64,000 nucleotides of DNA. Origin: Auanema rhodensis (Eukaryota; Animalia; Nematoda). The notes under the pieces were generated by a model. That model was not told the DNA's origin, made no database searches, and saw only the letters and a list, made by a program, of their open reading frames with translations. The stretch is taken from the NCBI GenBank assembly GCA_964057225.1, contig OZ059896.1:13640001-13704000 (forward strand), read 5' to 3'. Positions within the stretch are counted from its first letter, which is position 1, and each line of letters opens with the position of its first letter. Shown in pieces: positions 20,701 to 33,671 of this stretch. A program made the position numbers and the translations under genes.

Positions 20701-22930
20701 CAAAACATTTCATGATCGAGGAGAAAAGCGCGGAATCACCGGTCACATCGTGAGCACAGCCTGAACTTTTTTGTGAACAATCTTGTGGGTGTGCTTGGTA
20801 TAAACCGTTTTTCCGGAAAATGGAGAGGTCCAAGCTAAATCTGAGTTGGATATTCAGATTCTTCATGTTTCAATACCCAAGTTCAGAATGTTTTTGTTTG
20901 AAAACATTCCATGATCGAAGAGAAAAACGGGGAATCAGCGGTCACATCGTGAGCACAGCCTGAACTTTTTTGTGAACAATCTTGTGGGTGTGCTTGGTAT
21001 AAACCGTTTTTCCGGAAAATGGAGAGGTCCAAGCTAAATCTGAGTTGGATATTCAGATTCTTCATGTTTCAATACCCAAGTTCAGAATATTTTTATTTCA
21101 AAACATTTCATGATCGAGGAGAAAAGCGCGGAATCACCGGTCACATCGTGAGCACAGCCTGAACTTTTTTGTGAACAATCTTGTGGGTGTGCTTGGTATA
21201 AACCGTTTTTCCGGAAAATGGAGAGGTCCAAGCTAAATCTGAGTTGGATATTCAGATTCTTCATGTTTCAATACCCAAGTTCAGAATGTTTTTGTTTGAA
21301 AACATTCCATGATCGAAGAGAAAAACGGGGAATCAGCGGTCACATCGTGAGCACAGCCTGAACTTTTTTGTGAACAATCTTGTGGGTGTGCTTGGTATAA
21401 ACCGTTTTTCCGGAAAATGGAGAGGTCCAAGCTAAATCTGAGTTGGATATTCAGATTCTTCATGTTTCAATACCCAAGTTCAGAATATTTTTATTTCAAA
21501 ACATTTCATGATCGAGGAGAAAAACAGGGAATCACCGGTCGCATCGTGAACACAGCCTGAACTTTTTTGTGAACAATCTTGTGGGTGTGCTTGGTATAAA
21601 CCGTTTTTCCGGAAATTGGAGAGGTCCAAGCTAAATCTGAGTTGGATATTCAGATTCTTCATGTTTCAATACCCAAGTTCAGAATGTTTTCATTTGAAAA
21701 CATTTCATGATCGAGGAGAAAAGCGGGGAATCACCGGTCACATCGTGAGCACAGCCTGAACTTTTTTGTGAACAATCTTGTGGGTGTGCTTGGTATAAAC
21801 CGTTTTTCCGGAAAATGGAGAGGTCCAAGCTAAATCTGAGTTGGATATTCAGATTCTTCATGTTTCAATACCCAAGTTCAGAATATTTTTATTTCAAAAC
21901 ATTTCATGATCGAGGAGAAAAACAGGGAATCACCGGTCGCATCGTGAACACAGCCTGAACTTTTTTGTGAACAATCTTGTGGGTGTGCTTGGTATAAACC
22001 GTTTTTCCGGAAATTGGAGAGGTCCAAGCTAAATCTGAGTTGGATATTCAGATTCTTCATGTTTCAATACCCAAGTTCAGAATGTTTTCATTTGAAAACA
22101 TTTCATGATCGAGGAGAAAAGCGGGGAATCACCGGTCACATCGTGAGCACAGCCTGAACTTTTTTGTGAACAATCTTGTGGGTGTGCTTGGTATAAACCG
22201 TTTTTCCGGAAATTGGAGAGGTCCAAGCTAAATCTGAGTTGGATATTCAGATTCTTCATGTTTCAATACCCAAGTTCAGAAAGTTTTTGTTTGAAAACAT
22301 TCCATGATCGAAGAGAAAAACGGGGAATCACCGGTCACATCGTGAGCACAGCCTGAACTTTTTTGTGAACAATCTTGTGGGTGTGCTTGGTATAAACCGT
22401 TTTTCCGGAAAATGGAGAGGTCCAAGCTAAATCTGAGTTGGATATTCAGATTCTTCATGTTTCAATACCCAAGTTCAGAATATTTTTATTTCAAAACATT
22501 TCATGATCGAGGAGAAAAACAGGGAATCACCGGTCGCATCGTGAACACAGCCTGAACTTTTTTGTGAACAATCTTGTGGGTGTGCTTGGTATAAACCGTT
22601 TTTCCGGAAATTGGAGAGGTCCAAGCTAAATCTGAGTTGGATATTCAGATTCTTCATGTTTCAATACCCAAGTTCAGAATATTTTTATTTCAAAACATTT
22701 CATGATCGAGGAGAAAAACAGGGAATCACCGGTCGCATCGTGAACACAGCCTGAACTTTTTTGTGAACAATCTTGTGGGTGTGCTTGGTATAAACCGTTT
22801 TTCCGGAAATTAGAGAGGTCCAAGCTAAATCTGAGTTGGATATTCAGATTCTTCATGTTTCAATACCCAAGTTCAGAATGTTTTCATTTGAAAACATTTC
22901 ATGATCGAGGAGAAAAGCGGGGAATCACCT
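11782..22930. repeat. 199-bp tandem satellite, right part (~56 monomers)
   Basis: Resumes in exact register (CGAGGAATCACCGGTC) after the insertion and ends at GAATCACC ~22,928. More divergent monomers occur from ~20,485 on. Confidence 0.99.
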
Positions 22931-23110
22931 GGTCCCCGAGGTCCCCGAGGACCAGGAGCCCGAGAACCAGGAGCCCGAGGACCGAGGGCCCAGAACTGGG
23001 AGCCCGAGGGCCAGGACCCCGATGACCAGGACCCCGAGGACCCAGAGCTTGGAGCCCGAGGACCAGGAGCACGAGGACCAGGAGCACGAGGACCAGGAGC
23101 ACGAGGACCG
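22931..23110 (+). repeat. GC-rich ~15-bp minisatellite (GAGGACCAGGAGC[C/A]C) capping the satellite array
   Basis: Roughly a dozen imperfect units, three perfect at ~23,058-23,102. Degenerate CCAGGAC echoes continue to ~23,255. Confidence 0.85.
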
Positions 23111-24692
23111 GTTTTCGATCGTTCATTTTATTTTTTTTAACGAAACCAGATTAAACAATCACCAGGACCAGACAAATCAGGACAAGACCGATATTAGTGA
23201 GTAGCAATGTTAAAACAAGCCCATTGAACCAGGACTGGCAGCCTAGGAGCCCGGTGATGCGTTAGTTGAACATGAGGGCCTTTTCAGTTATGACTCATAC
23301 GCTATTCATCAACCCAAGATGGAAGATTGATTTCGATGTAACAAAATTTGAGATTAGGAACAAGTTAATTCATTAAAAATATTTTTAAAATTCTTAATTC
23401 AATGCACGATTAATTACAAAGTTTTTTCTATAATCTAGCTCCAAACAAGGAGCTTTAACATCTGAATCTTACTGAATATCTATGAAGAGATTTTGGTCGA
23501 CGTTCAACTAAGTTCTCCCATTTAAGTATTATATTCATGTAAAATTGATGAATTTAACGTAATGTATACTTGTACCCATCTTTCTATCGTTTTTATCGCT
23601 TTCTTTCTACCTTTTTAAAGGTTTTTTCAGTTAAAATATCAAAATTTGAATATATATATATATATATATATTTTATATTTATGTATATATTTAGAATAAT
23701 TATTATTTAAATTTAATTCATAATTTTTAAAATTTAATTAGATTTATAGTATTTATAATATGTTATGAATGTATAATAATTGAAAAACATTTTTATTTTA
23801 ATGCCAAAAATAATTATTTTCTTCTTTTTTTTTCTTTTTTTTTATTTCTCTAAAAAAAATTATAAACATATACACATATAACTAGTTTTGATTATGATCT
23901 AATGGGATAACGGAATGAACCTTTCTAATTTACATAATCGTTTGAAAGCAATAGGCTTTTTCAGGTTACAATACAAACTTTCTTCCGTAAGATGATGTAA
24001 TATGAAATAGAAAACTTCATTCAGAATTATTTGACATGATAGTAACACTTCGATGAAATTGGTTCAGGAATTATGCTGAAAAAAAGAAAAAAAAGACGAT
24101 TATGATAATCCATATTCAATCTGATTATATAAAGTCAATCACACCATTGTGACACCTATGATGAAAATCATCTGAATTTTTTTATTTTATTTGACATTTC
24201 CTCATTTCATCACCTCATCACACACATATACTCATAAACCATCTACTATATTACTGTTGGATCACTTTTTTTAAAAAAAAGTTTTTTTATTATTAAATAT
24301 TTAACTAATGACAGCTATTACACTTACTAAAAAGTTAGTTTTCTTTTAATATATTTTTCTTTTTAAAAACTTTGTTCACCGAACACTTCTTTTCGAACTT
24401 TAAGCTTAGAACTTTAATTGTGTATATAAAAAAGTTTGTTTAAAACAATAGAAAGTAAAATAGAACTTTTATAAAAAGAAATTAAAAAGCGAGGTGACGC
24501 TACGAAAAGCAAGCTTTAAGCTCAAAAAGTTGCACCAAGAATTGTTTAAACTATTTCTTTTTTTTCTTTTGTTTTCGAAACAAAAATCAAAAACACGATA
24601 CAGTATAAAGAATATAAAGAACATAAATCTTCACATCCTAATAAGAAACACATATTCTAAGTTCTTTCGGAATTGTAAGAACTGAATTTCAG

Positions 24693-27177
24693 AGCAAATG
24701 CCGACACACGACGAACACCATGGGCTTCAATTTGGATGACAAGTACAATGCTCATGCTTGTCGGTATCCAATTTAGTATATACTTTACTTCCACTTGGCA
24801 ATATATTAAGGAGGTTTGTAAGTGTGGAAGAACATTTTCTTCTTCAAAAAAATAAAATAAATGAAAATAGAAAAACTAGAAGAAACTGATAGTATACGTA
24901 AATGTATAAATCATTTTTTAGGTTGATCCAACAGCAACATTAGATCATTTCGCATTCATAATGGCTATAACAAGTATTGCAGGAGCTATGGTTAGTTTAG
25001 TTTATATGAGAAATTCTTCTTTTAAAATGTAAAAAAATATAAATTTCTAATGATAGGCTAATCCTATATTTGGGTTGTGGAATCAGAAAACGATGTCAAC
25101 GAAATATCCAGTGTGTTTAGGATTTTTGTGTTGTGCCATTGGTATGAACTCATTATGACATCATCATGTTCATATATTGTTGATAATCATGCTGCAGAAG
25201 CAACTAATGTATAAAATCTTGATTTTTAAGGAAATATTCTATATGGTTTGCTACCTTTCTTTCAATCACATGCAGTGTTTGTGGCATTGGTTTCAAGATT
25301 TCTATGTGGAATAGGAACTGGTAAGAGATGAAAAATAATAAACAAGTCGATTGAATCCTTTTCATGTTTATGAAATTTTGAAAAATAAAACTCAAACTTT
25401 AAGGAACGATGGGTGTTCTTCGTAGCTTTTTGGCTACTGCAAGTACGAAAGAAGATCGACTTAAAGCTATTTCTATAGGAACAGGAGGATTGACTTCAGG
25501 CCTAGCACTTGGTCCAGCTGTTCAAGTATCTTTTATCCAATATCAAAATAAAATTTTTATTAAATGAATATATAATTAACTTTATATTGTGTTTAAGATT
25601 TGTTTTCTACCATTGGGCACAAACGGATTCAGCATTGGCCCAATATTGTTGAACATGTACACATCAGCAGCATTTTTCATGTTAGTCATTAAGCATTTCA
25701 TCAAATTGATAAAAAACACTCTTCATTCTTTTGTAAAAAAAGAAAAAATCTTCAGAAATGCTTGTAAATATATCTTATTAAAGGTCTGTAATAAGTATTG
25801 TTTCCATACTTATTATATGGATATATTTAGTTGAAGATTATGCAGGAATTATTAGTGACGAAACAAAGAAAAGTAAGTATTTCTTTTTTATTTCAGTTAT
25901 AATAATATTTAAAAAAATAATTAAATGTTATAAAAAGAAAGAAAAAATATTCTTTTGCAGATGATCCTTTCTTAATTATACCTAAATATGATAAACTTGC
26001 TGCTTTAATAATGTTCTTTGTATGGTGGATATTATGTGGAGTTTCAAGTACTGAAGGGTGAGAAAAATACAATTTCTATACAATTTCAAAAAAAAAATAA
26101 CAACAACAAGCTATCATTTTTTTGATCTAAAAATAGATAAAATTTGAATTTAAAGATTGGCATCTCCAATAACCATGGCTATGTATAATTGGTCTAGTGA
26201 AGAAGCTGTTCTATACAATGGAATTATTCAATCTATTTCTTGTGTATGGTCAACACTCATGTATATCCTATTTGGAACAACACGTCTGGGTAAATGGTAA
26301 ATCGTCTTTCAAGTTGTGAAGGCTTGAAACAGAGAAAATATTTTTAGTGATAAGAGATATCTATTGATTTGTGGTATTGTCTTCTTCTTACTTTTCCATT
26401 TAATCCATATACCTTATCCATTCTATGAAGGACCATTAGATCGTCCACAAATCGGTTTGAAATTTTAGATTTTCCGAAAAAATTCAAAAAATTTTCAAGT
26501 TAATGGAACAGCTATGGAAACCGAAGGAGGCTGTTCATACAACTACGATTGGTGTACATCAACAACCAGGTTTGATGTTCAAAGAACTTTCTAAAATATA
26601 TGATTTTGAAAAATATTATACTTAGAAGGAGAAGTTAAAAGAAAATTGAAAAAATAAGAAGAATAGACAGAATCTATTTGATAATTATAGAGTACCACTA
26701 TATTTATATTTATTTGGCTTTTCAACAATCATGGGAATGGGTTTTCCTTTGATTTCTGCTTCATGTAATTCTATGTTGTCCGAAATTTTAGGACCAAGAA
26801 AACAGGTACTGATGACATGAAACCAATTTGTTGTCAAATTTTTTTTATAAAACCTTTTGGCTTCTTCAAGGAATTTAATGTTAAAAAAATATTTTACAGG
26901 GAATGGTAATGGGTTTGATGGCATTTACGGGCTGCATGGCTCAGACAATTGTACCAATCATAGCTTCGTAATTCAATATATTTCATATAAGTTTTCAATA
27001 ATTACTTATTTCAGAAGAGTATATGCTATATCTGGTTTTAAATGGATTATGGTATATCATGTAATCCTCTGCATAACAGCTTTAATCATTCTCTCAACAT
27101 TCCGAAAACGAATAGTACCATTGAATATGACACCTGATAAAGCAAAATATAAAACTGGAACATTCTACCATTTGTAG
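24693..27177 (+). CDS. Major facilitator superfamily transporter, MFSD8/CLN7-like (multi-exon; first exon/start not resolved)
   Basis: Spliced exons: RRTPWASIWMTSTMLMLVGIQFSIYFTSTWQYI, ANPIFGLWNQK, GTMGVLRSFLATASTKEDRLKA..GLALGPAVQ, SEILGPRKQG, ending KYKTGTFYHL*. Confidence 0.85.
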
Positions 27178-27276
27178 AAGAAATTAAAAAATTAAAAAAT
27201 AGAGAAAAAGATTTTTTTTTATATTTTTGAAAGCTTTATCAAGGAATTATCTATGGTTAAAACCTATTATACTGTG

Positions 27277-27279
<3 letters not shown>

Positions 27280-27322
<43 letters not shown>
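27280..27322. repeat. (GT)n microsatellite
   Basis: About 21 perfect GT units. Confidence 0.95.
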
Positions 27323-27323
<1 letters not shown>

Positions 27324-27921
27324 TTGTTATAGGATGAAAGAAAACGTTTTTTGTCTTTGAAATAAAACAAAATACAGGTTTTATATTATTTTATAAAAAA
27401 TATTATTAGCTATATTTATAGTTAAATATTAATTATACATAAATATATATATTTACAAAGCATTATTGTTTTATTCGTAAATTAAAATAAATATTATGAA
27501 GAAATTCGGATATATAATATTTCTTTATAACATAATAACTTATGATATTTTATTATCAAAATTTTTTCATAATTAAGAAATAAAAATAAAAATTGAATTA
27601 AGATTAAATTTGAAAAATAACGAACAAATTAACGCAATGATAACAAAATATAAGTTCGAACATTATAAATGTTTGCCACGTTTCACGTGAATTACGTAAA
27701 AATCTGTATTATCATTTTATTTGACGTAGACAAAAGAAGCGGTTGTATTTCAGAAAATATTTTTAAAATTGAACATAAAGAAATGAATATATGAGTTAAA
27801 GTTCAGCTGTATTCAAAATGAAATAAAAGGAGAAATAGTAATAAATAACTTTACTTTACATTATTTAAACGATTATCTCTCTCTCTCTCTTATTTATATT
27901 TATACAATATATGTATATATA

Positions 27922-28617
27922 CAGTCATGTGTAAAAGAAAAAGGGCAAGATTTAGAAAATATTAGAATCTGGAGCTCAGACTACAATTTAGGAATCTGAA
28001 AAAAATCGATAATGGCTAGGAATTATGTTGCTAAAAAATGGAGCTGAATTCATTTTTTTAAACTAACTTTGAAATGTATTATTTTGGAAATTAAAATGAT
28101 TCAGCTTCATTTTTAATATGCAAATTTGTATGCTTTGGATCGATTCCGCACGCGGAATAGATTCATCTTCCAGCAGGACAACGACCCAAAGCACACTGCT
28201 CATTCAACTAAACAGTGGTTTCAGCAGAATAGGGTCACTCTCTTACCCTGGCCTAGTCAATCGCCCGATCTGAATCCGATCGAACATCTATGGAGAGATT
28301 TGGGAAGAAGGGCGGCTCAATTTCCGTCATCGAACAAGGACGAGAAGTTCAGATGCCTAAGAATCCTCTGGCGAGAAACTTCTCCGGGTATTTTGAAGAA
28401 GCTCGTCAATTCGATGAATAGAAGGCTCAAAGCTGTGATTGATAATTTCGGGTATCCGACAAAATATTAATAAAGTCTTAATTTTTTGGTTTTTTTTGCA
28501 TTTTTCGATTTGTGGTCTGCTCACCATTTCTATTTTTCATAGTTTTGAATTTTTTGTAGTCTCACTACTTCAGGAGACCATTCGAAAGTTTTGCCCTTTT
28601 TCTTTTACACATGACTG
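27922..28617 (+). mobile_element. Internally deleted Tc1-family (DD34E) DNA transposon, 696 bp
   Basis: Perfect 27-bp TIRs CAGTCATGTGTAAAAGAAAAAGGGCAA at 27,922-27,948 and 28,591-28,617, with TA on both sides. Confidence 0.95.
28126..28470 (+). pseudogene. C-terminal fragment of Tc1 transposase
   Basis: FQQDNDPKH...WPSQSPDLNPIEHLW with 34 residues between D and E, ending GYPTKY*. The DNA-binding domain and first catalytic D are missing. Confidence 0.93.
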
Positions 28618-29804
28618 TATATATCATGATCAGAAATAATATATTTATATTCTTTAAAATACTTTTTTATATAATAATTGATATGTATATATGTATTATA
28701 TATAGATGAAATATGCATATCTTACTGACTATGTATGTTTTGCCATCATGTTTTTCTTTTCCCAAAAACTTTGCATTTTCATCAAACTTAATGAAAAGAA
28801 AGTGAATGGGGTTTGAACGGAATCATGGTAGACTTATGTAGAATGAGGTGGTGGGGATAGGAAGGAAGGTATGTATGAGTGAGAGCACGGTACTGGAGCT
28901 TGATAATGTAGGCGGGCGGTCGTTGTGATGGTGATGTTCGTATCATATAACATATATTACCAAATGTAAAGCATAATCTGTTTGCTACAATGATATACAA
29001 AACAGATTTTATTAATAACCTTTGATTTTAAAAGAAGAAAAAAGAAAATTTAAAAAAAAAGTTTCAAGTTCAGTGTTATTGAGCAACTTTATGATTATCA
29101 GGTTTTGTTGCTACAATGAAAACCTCAAATATAATATAGTATATCAATACAATATCCAGAAGACATAAATATTTCATTAACTATATTCTATTTTAATTTT
29201 TTTGTTCTTCTGAACCACATTGTTGTCGACTAATAACATTTTGCTGCAGCTGATGATTTTAATTTCTGTGGAAATTTGTTCTTAAAAAACCTATCTTCTC
29301 AAATTTTGTGCAAGTTTATTTAAATCTTTTTTGAAAATTCCTATTAATCTCACTTCCAGCACCGCAACGAAGTTTTACGTCCATACTGCCGCAGTGTATA
29401 GTAACCCCAGATACAGTATCCCGTCAGTCATATGGGAATCACAATCGGAATAGTATATTGAAAATAAGTTAACATATCTTTTCACATGTGGTTATGTTGG
29501 TTCATTTAGTATTTGAGGCATCTTCCGGTACTGATTTCATATTTTTAATCATAAAACTAATCGTTGTCTACATGCATGTGGATTCTTTGTTCTTTCTTGA
29601 TATTAGGATTTTAAAAATAATAACAAGTATAACAGTTGAAAGAAATTGTAGGAATGTTAGTTGTTAATTGTTATTTATAATTTATAATCTATAATGAATA
29701 TAGCTTATATATAATTATGTATAATGTATTTATATACTTTTTCATTAAAATTTTTTAAAAAGAGACTAGGAATGTAACAAAATATCAAAAAGCAAATTGG
29801 TTAA

Positions 29805-32800
29805 TTAACTAAGCTGAGTAAAAAAAATAATTTCTGGAATCTGTCCGTCTTCTACACTAGTGCCATTGTTATTTCCCGCAGCATAAGTAAACTGAAATGT
29901 TCAAAGAATGAAGAAAAATTTGCAGTTGAGTTCTAAATTTAATTAGAAAATTAGAAATATACTTGGAATGTTACAGTATCTCCATTTGGCGAAGTATGGG
30001 TCACTCGTCGTAGTCCCTTTGTGCCATAATGGGTGTCTGCCCCCTAAGGTTCAAAAACTAATTTAAAACGTATATTCGTGAATTACCTTTAGTAGAGCGC
30101 TTGCAGTATATGTAATGGAAGGTGTTATCTCAACCGGTTCCCGGAAGTGAACTTTGAAAGTTTGAGAAGATCCATCACTTGTAAATGTAGTTTCATGGTG
30201 AGCAATAACTTTTTCGGTACCACATTCAGTGATCTAAACATGCTAAACATTGAAAAGATTACTATTTCAAAGCAAACCTGAATTGTGACAGGATAGTCAT
30301 GTGTTCCAGCAATGGATCCAAATAAGCCAAAACCAACAATATAAATTTTTTTATCAACGTTGAACCTATAAAGGATAAGGCGTAGAACAATTGAAATGTA
30401 GATGTTTCAACATACTTTATACGATCAGCTGTGCCTGTATAACCCCATCGTACTTCATTTCTTTGAAACCGTGAAACGATAAGTTCTTTCCCGGCCACAG
30501 CACAACGTGGTCTGAAACCAAGAACAATTATTCTTGACGTTAATGAAAACAATGTGCTTCAAATCTTAAAAACATGTAAACTATCTATTTTCAAATAAAA
30601 AATTAAAACAAGTAGCATCCGTGACTTTATTATTCATTTTCCAGATGCATTCACTGATGACCGGTTGCATTTATCATTTATAACATTCGGCTTTTTTTGA
30701 AAAGTTTTCAATATATAAATTACAAACCGGGAAGTAAAGCAGGTATTTGGTTTAGGATTCACGGAGAAATATAAGAAAAGTTCAACAACTTCTCGATCAT
30801 CAAGTAAACCAGACTGAGCTAAATAAGAAAAACTATAGTAGGCATGTCAGAAATAAAATTGATACCTGCGGTTTGAGCGAATTCTTCCAAAGACATTAGA
30901 GGATATCGTATTAGATGTAAAGCACAACCAAGAACTTCACGTTGCGATTCAACCGTAACGTCTAAGCCTTTTCTGAGACAAGCTTCATTAGCCCACCGCA
31001 TTACAGCCTGAAAATGCCAGATCAATCTCGCGCACAAGGAATAGTAAAAATACTTGAAACAGTGAAGATTCCTTGATACGTAAACTGTCTCGGCCTAACA
31101 CTAAGCATAGAGTTTCATGATCAATTTCTGTGAAGCCTAGAATGACAGTATTAGATTTGAAACACTGGCTAAAGCTACCTTCTCCATTTAAGGCTTCATA
31201 TGTATCTCTATCAATTAGTTCTAAACATAAATGTTCCAACTGTGGTTCATCAAACAATCGAGCCTAAAAGTTAAATGATATTTTACCAGATTATTCAGAT
31301 GTTCTACCTGAGAAAGTAGCATGAAAGCATTATCCGCACCAAGACTTTGTTTGAGAAACTCTACACATGTAATCTCCATTGCAGGTACTGCATATTTTTT
31401 AGCTAAAATGTTTAAAATGGCGTCAATAATAATCATTAGCAAAATATACCTGTGTATAAGGTTGTCATTACACTCTCAGGACCGATATTAACTTCATCCG
31501 TATAAAGGAATCGGAGCAAAGTCAAAAAAGCGAATGGTTCAACATCAGGTAAATCTATTTCCATGATTTCTGAAAAGCTGTGACTGAAAAACAGAATAAA
31601 GCTCAGATATCATACCACCAGGTTTATGATCAGTAGTTAAACAACCATTAAACATAGCATCAAACACTACAGATCCAATGGAGAGTACAAACTTATGTGC
31701 TGGCACTCTCTACAAAAATTCTTGAGTTAATATAATTAGTTGAAGCAAAATCGCACCTGTTTCTCTTCATGCTTTCCGACCATGAAATATACATCAGCTA
31801 ATGTATCATTACAGAACATGAAAGCTATCCTTTCCTTTAAAGTTGTTTTATTAGCTTGCCAACCTAATGGATTGGCTTCAACAGCATTAGCTGCTCGAAC
31901 TAAATTTTATAAATGAGGAAAGGTATATAAAAATATTTTAAAATCAAGTTATTTAATCATCAGAACATGAATGCAGAAACTTACTCTTGTTGGCGTTAGT
32001 AGTTGATTGTCGAGGGAGCCATTTAAAATTATTTTTAGGAATACCAAGCTTGTGACGAGCTAAATCGTGGGTAAACTAATGAATTTGTTCAAAAATTACC
32101 TGGCAAGCTATTAACAGCAAATGTTTCATCCGATCCTGATTCTTGTTCTACTCGGGATGTATTTAGGTTAACAGGATTTGCTGAAATTATTCAAATTTCT
32201 ATCAGACTTCAGACTTAGGACTCTACATGAAGATGAGCAAGCTTGATTAGTACCCATTTCCTCCGAACTAAAAATATTAATTTTACCAATAAGAATTAAA
32301 CTAATCAATCAAACCTTGGACTACCTGAAAATCTTGAAGTGGAAGCATTTGAGTTACTTCTCATCTCATTAGGGGTATTCATGTCTGCCTCAGGAAGATC
32401 CATTCCACAAGATTCTCTGAACTGATTCTTCAATGCTTCGAAAACCTTAATAGAGATTTGAAATATTAAAAAAAAAGAAATAAATAACTACTTCATTTTT
32501 ATATCGTTTTTCAACAGTTGTATCTTCCACTGAATGTTGTGTACCTAATCGATATTGTCTGTCGTTTCTAAAAATAATGCAAAATGTAGTTTAAAATATG
32601 AATTTTACATTGTAGGTTCTTCCAAATAAGGATATTCATCGTCTAGCATCCTATCAGATTCTCTAGAATTTCCTTAAAATGAAAACATTATCATAGCTAT
32701 AAAACAAAGAGAAATTACGTGAAGAATTTCCCAAAGATGACGAAGGACCTGGTCCATAATAAAATTGATCACGTGAGGCAGTACTGAAAGACAGGAATTC

Positions 32801-32997
32801 AAATATCACTATGCACAACAGAAGTCCCACCTAGCAGAGTTTGTGTCGTTTCTTCTGTTCATTGGATTGAGACTTGAACGAGGTGAATCATTTCTAAAAT
32901 TTCTTGAGCTATTTCCCTATAAAAAAAATACTTGTAATAATATTTTATACAAACATACTTTCTCATTATTCAAGTCATTGGTATTACTTTTGCTCAT
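29805..32997 (-). CDS. BTB/POZ-BACK-PHR domain protein (BTBD1/2-like), multi-exon
   Basis: Exons: [118 protein letters not shown]. Putative start MSKSNTND follows a TTTTAAG acceptor. Confidence 0.9.
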
Positions 32998-33671
32998 ATT
33001 TAGCCTTAAAAACCCTTATCCTGAAGACAAATGGCATTAAAAAATAAATGAGTAATTTCAATCATATTAAATCAAAATCTAGATAAGAATGACACATTTC
33101 TTGAATTTTCTATCGTAAAAAAGCTTAACCACGGGAAATAAATGAAAAATGAATGAATAATGTATATATTAATATAATATATCGATGTTTCATTGTAGTT
33201 CAACTATATGACAAAAGCAAAGAACGGGAGGCGCCTTTTCAGTGCTCTGGCGCATGCATAGACAGAGCCAAAAGCCAAAAGTAAATGAGTTGAAGAACGA
33301 TATTAAATAATATATAAACGATTACAATTATGTATGAATATTTACAATAATATTGTAAAGTATAAATATAATAATTATGATTTTCTGATTATTAAAGATT
33401 GCTTGATATACAACAAAATGTATGTACTCGTATTTTAATATATTTTGTATTAATATTTTAATATATAGAAATAAAATAAAATACTTAAACTTAAATAATT
33501 TTATTTAAGAAAAAAACAGCAATATAAAAAAATTAGAAAATAATGGAAGATAAATACATATCAACCAAAAAATTCTTACAACAATAACTTTCGTCGAAGA
33601 TCAAAAATGGAATATTATTATAAAAGTTAAAACATTTCAATAATTTAAATTGAGTTAGTTTTATAGGTGAA

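Noticed and set aside
144-22856. ~100 repeated 60-84-aa ORFs (MKNLNI...) on the minus strand
   Set aside because: They are a by-product of the 199-bp period. Variants are largely non-synonymous, frameshifted copies are propagated, and there is no recognisable domain or gene structure.
1-22930. CRISPR array or 5S rDNA/tRNA cluster
   Set aside because: There are no unique spacers or cas genes, the context is eukaryotic, and no 5S or tRNA sequence or A/B boxes were recognised.
22901-23140. Collagen gene (GPRGPGAR...)
   Set aside because: The period is 5 residues (15 bp) rather than Gly-X-Y. The ORF starts inside the satellite and has no signal peptide or cuticle-collagen Cys motifs.
22930-23400. 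Telomeric repeat or defined elimination motif at the array border
   Set aside because: No (TTAGGC)n tract was seen, and I cannot support a specific elimination motif from sequence alone.
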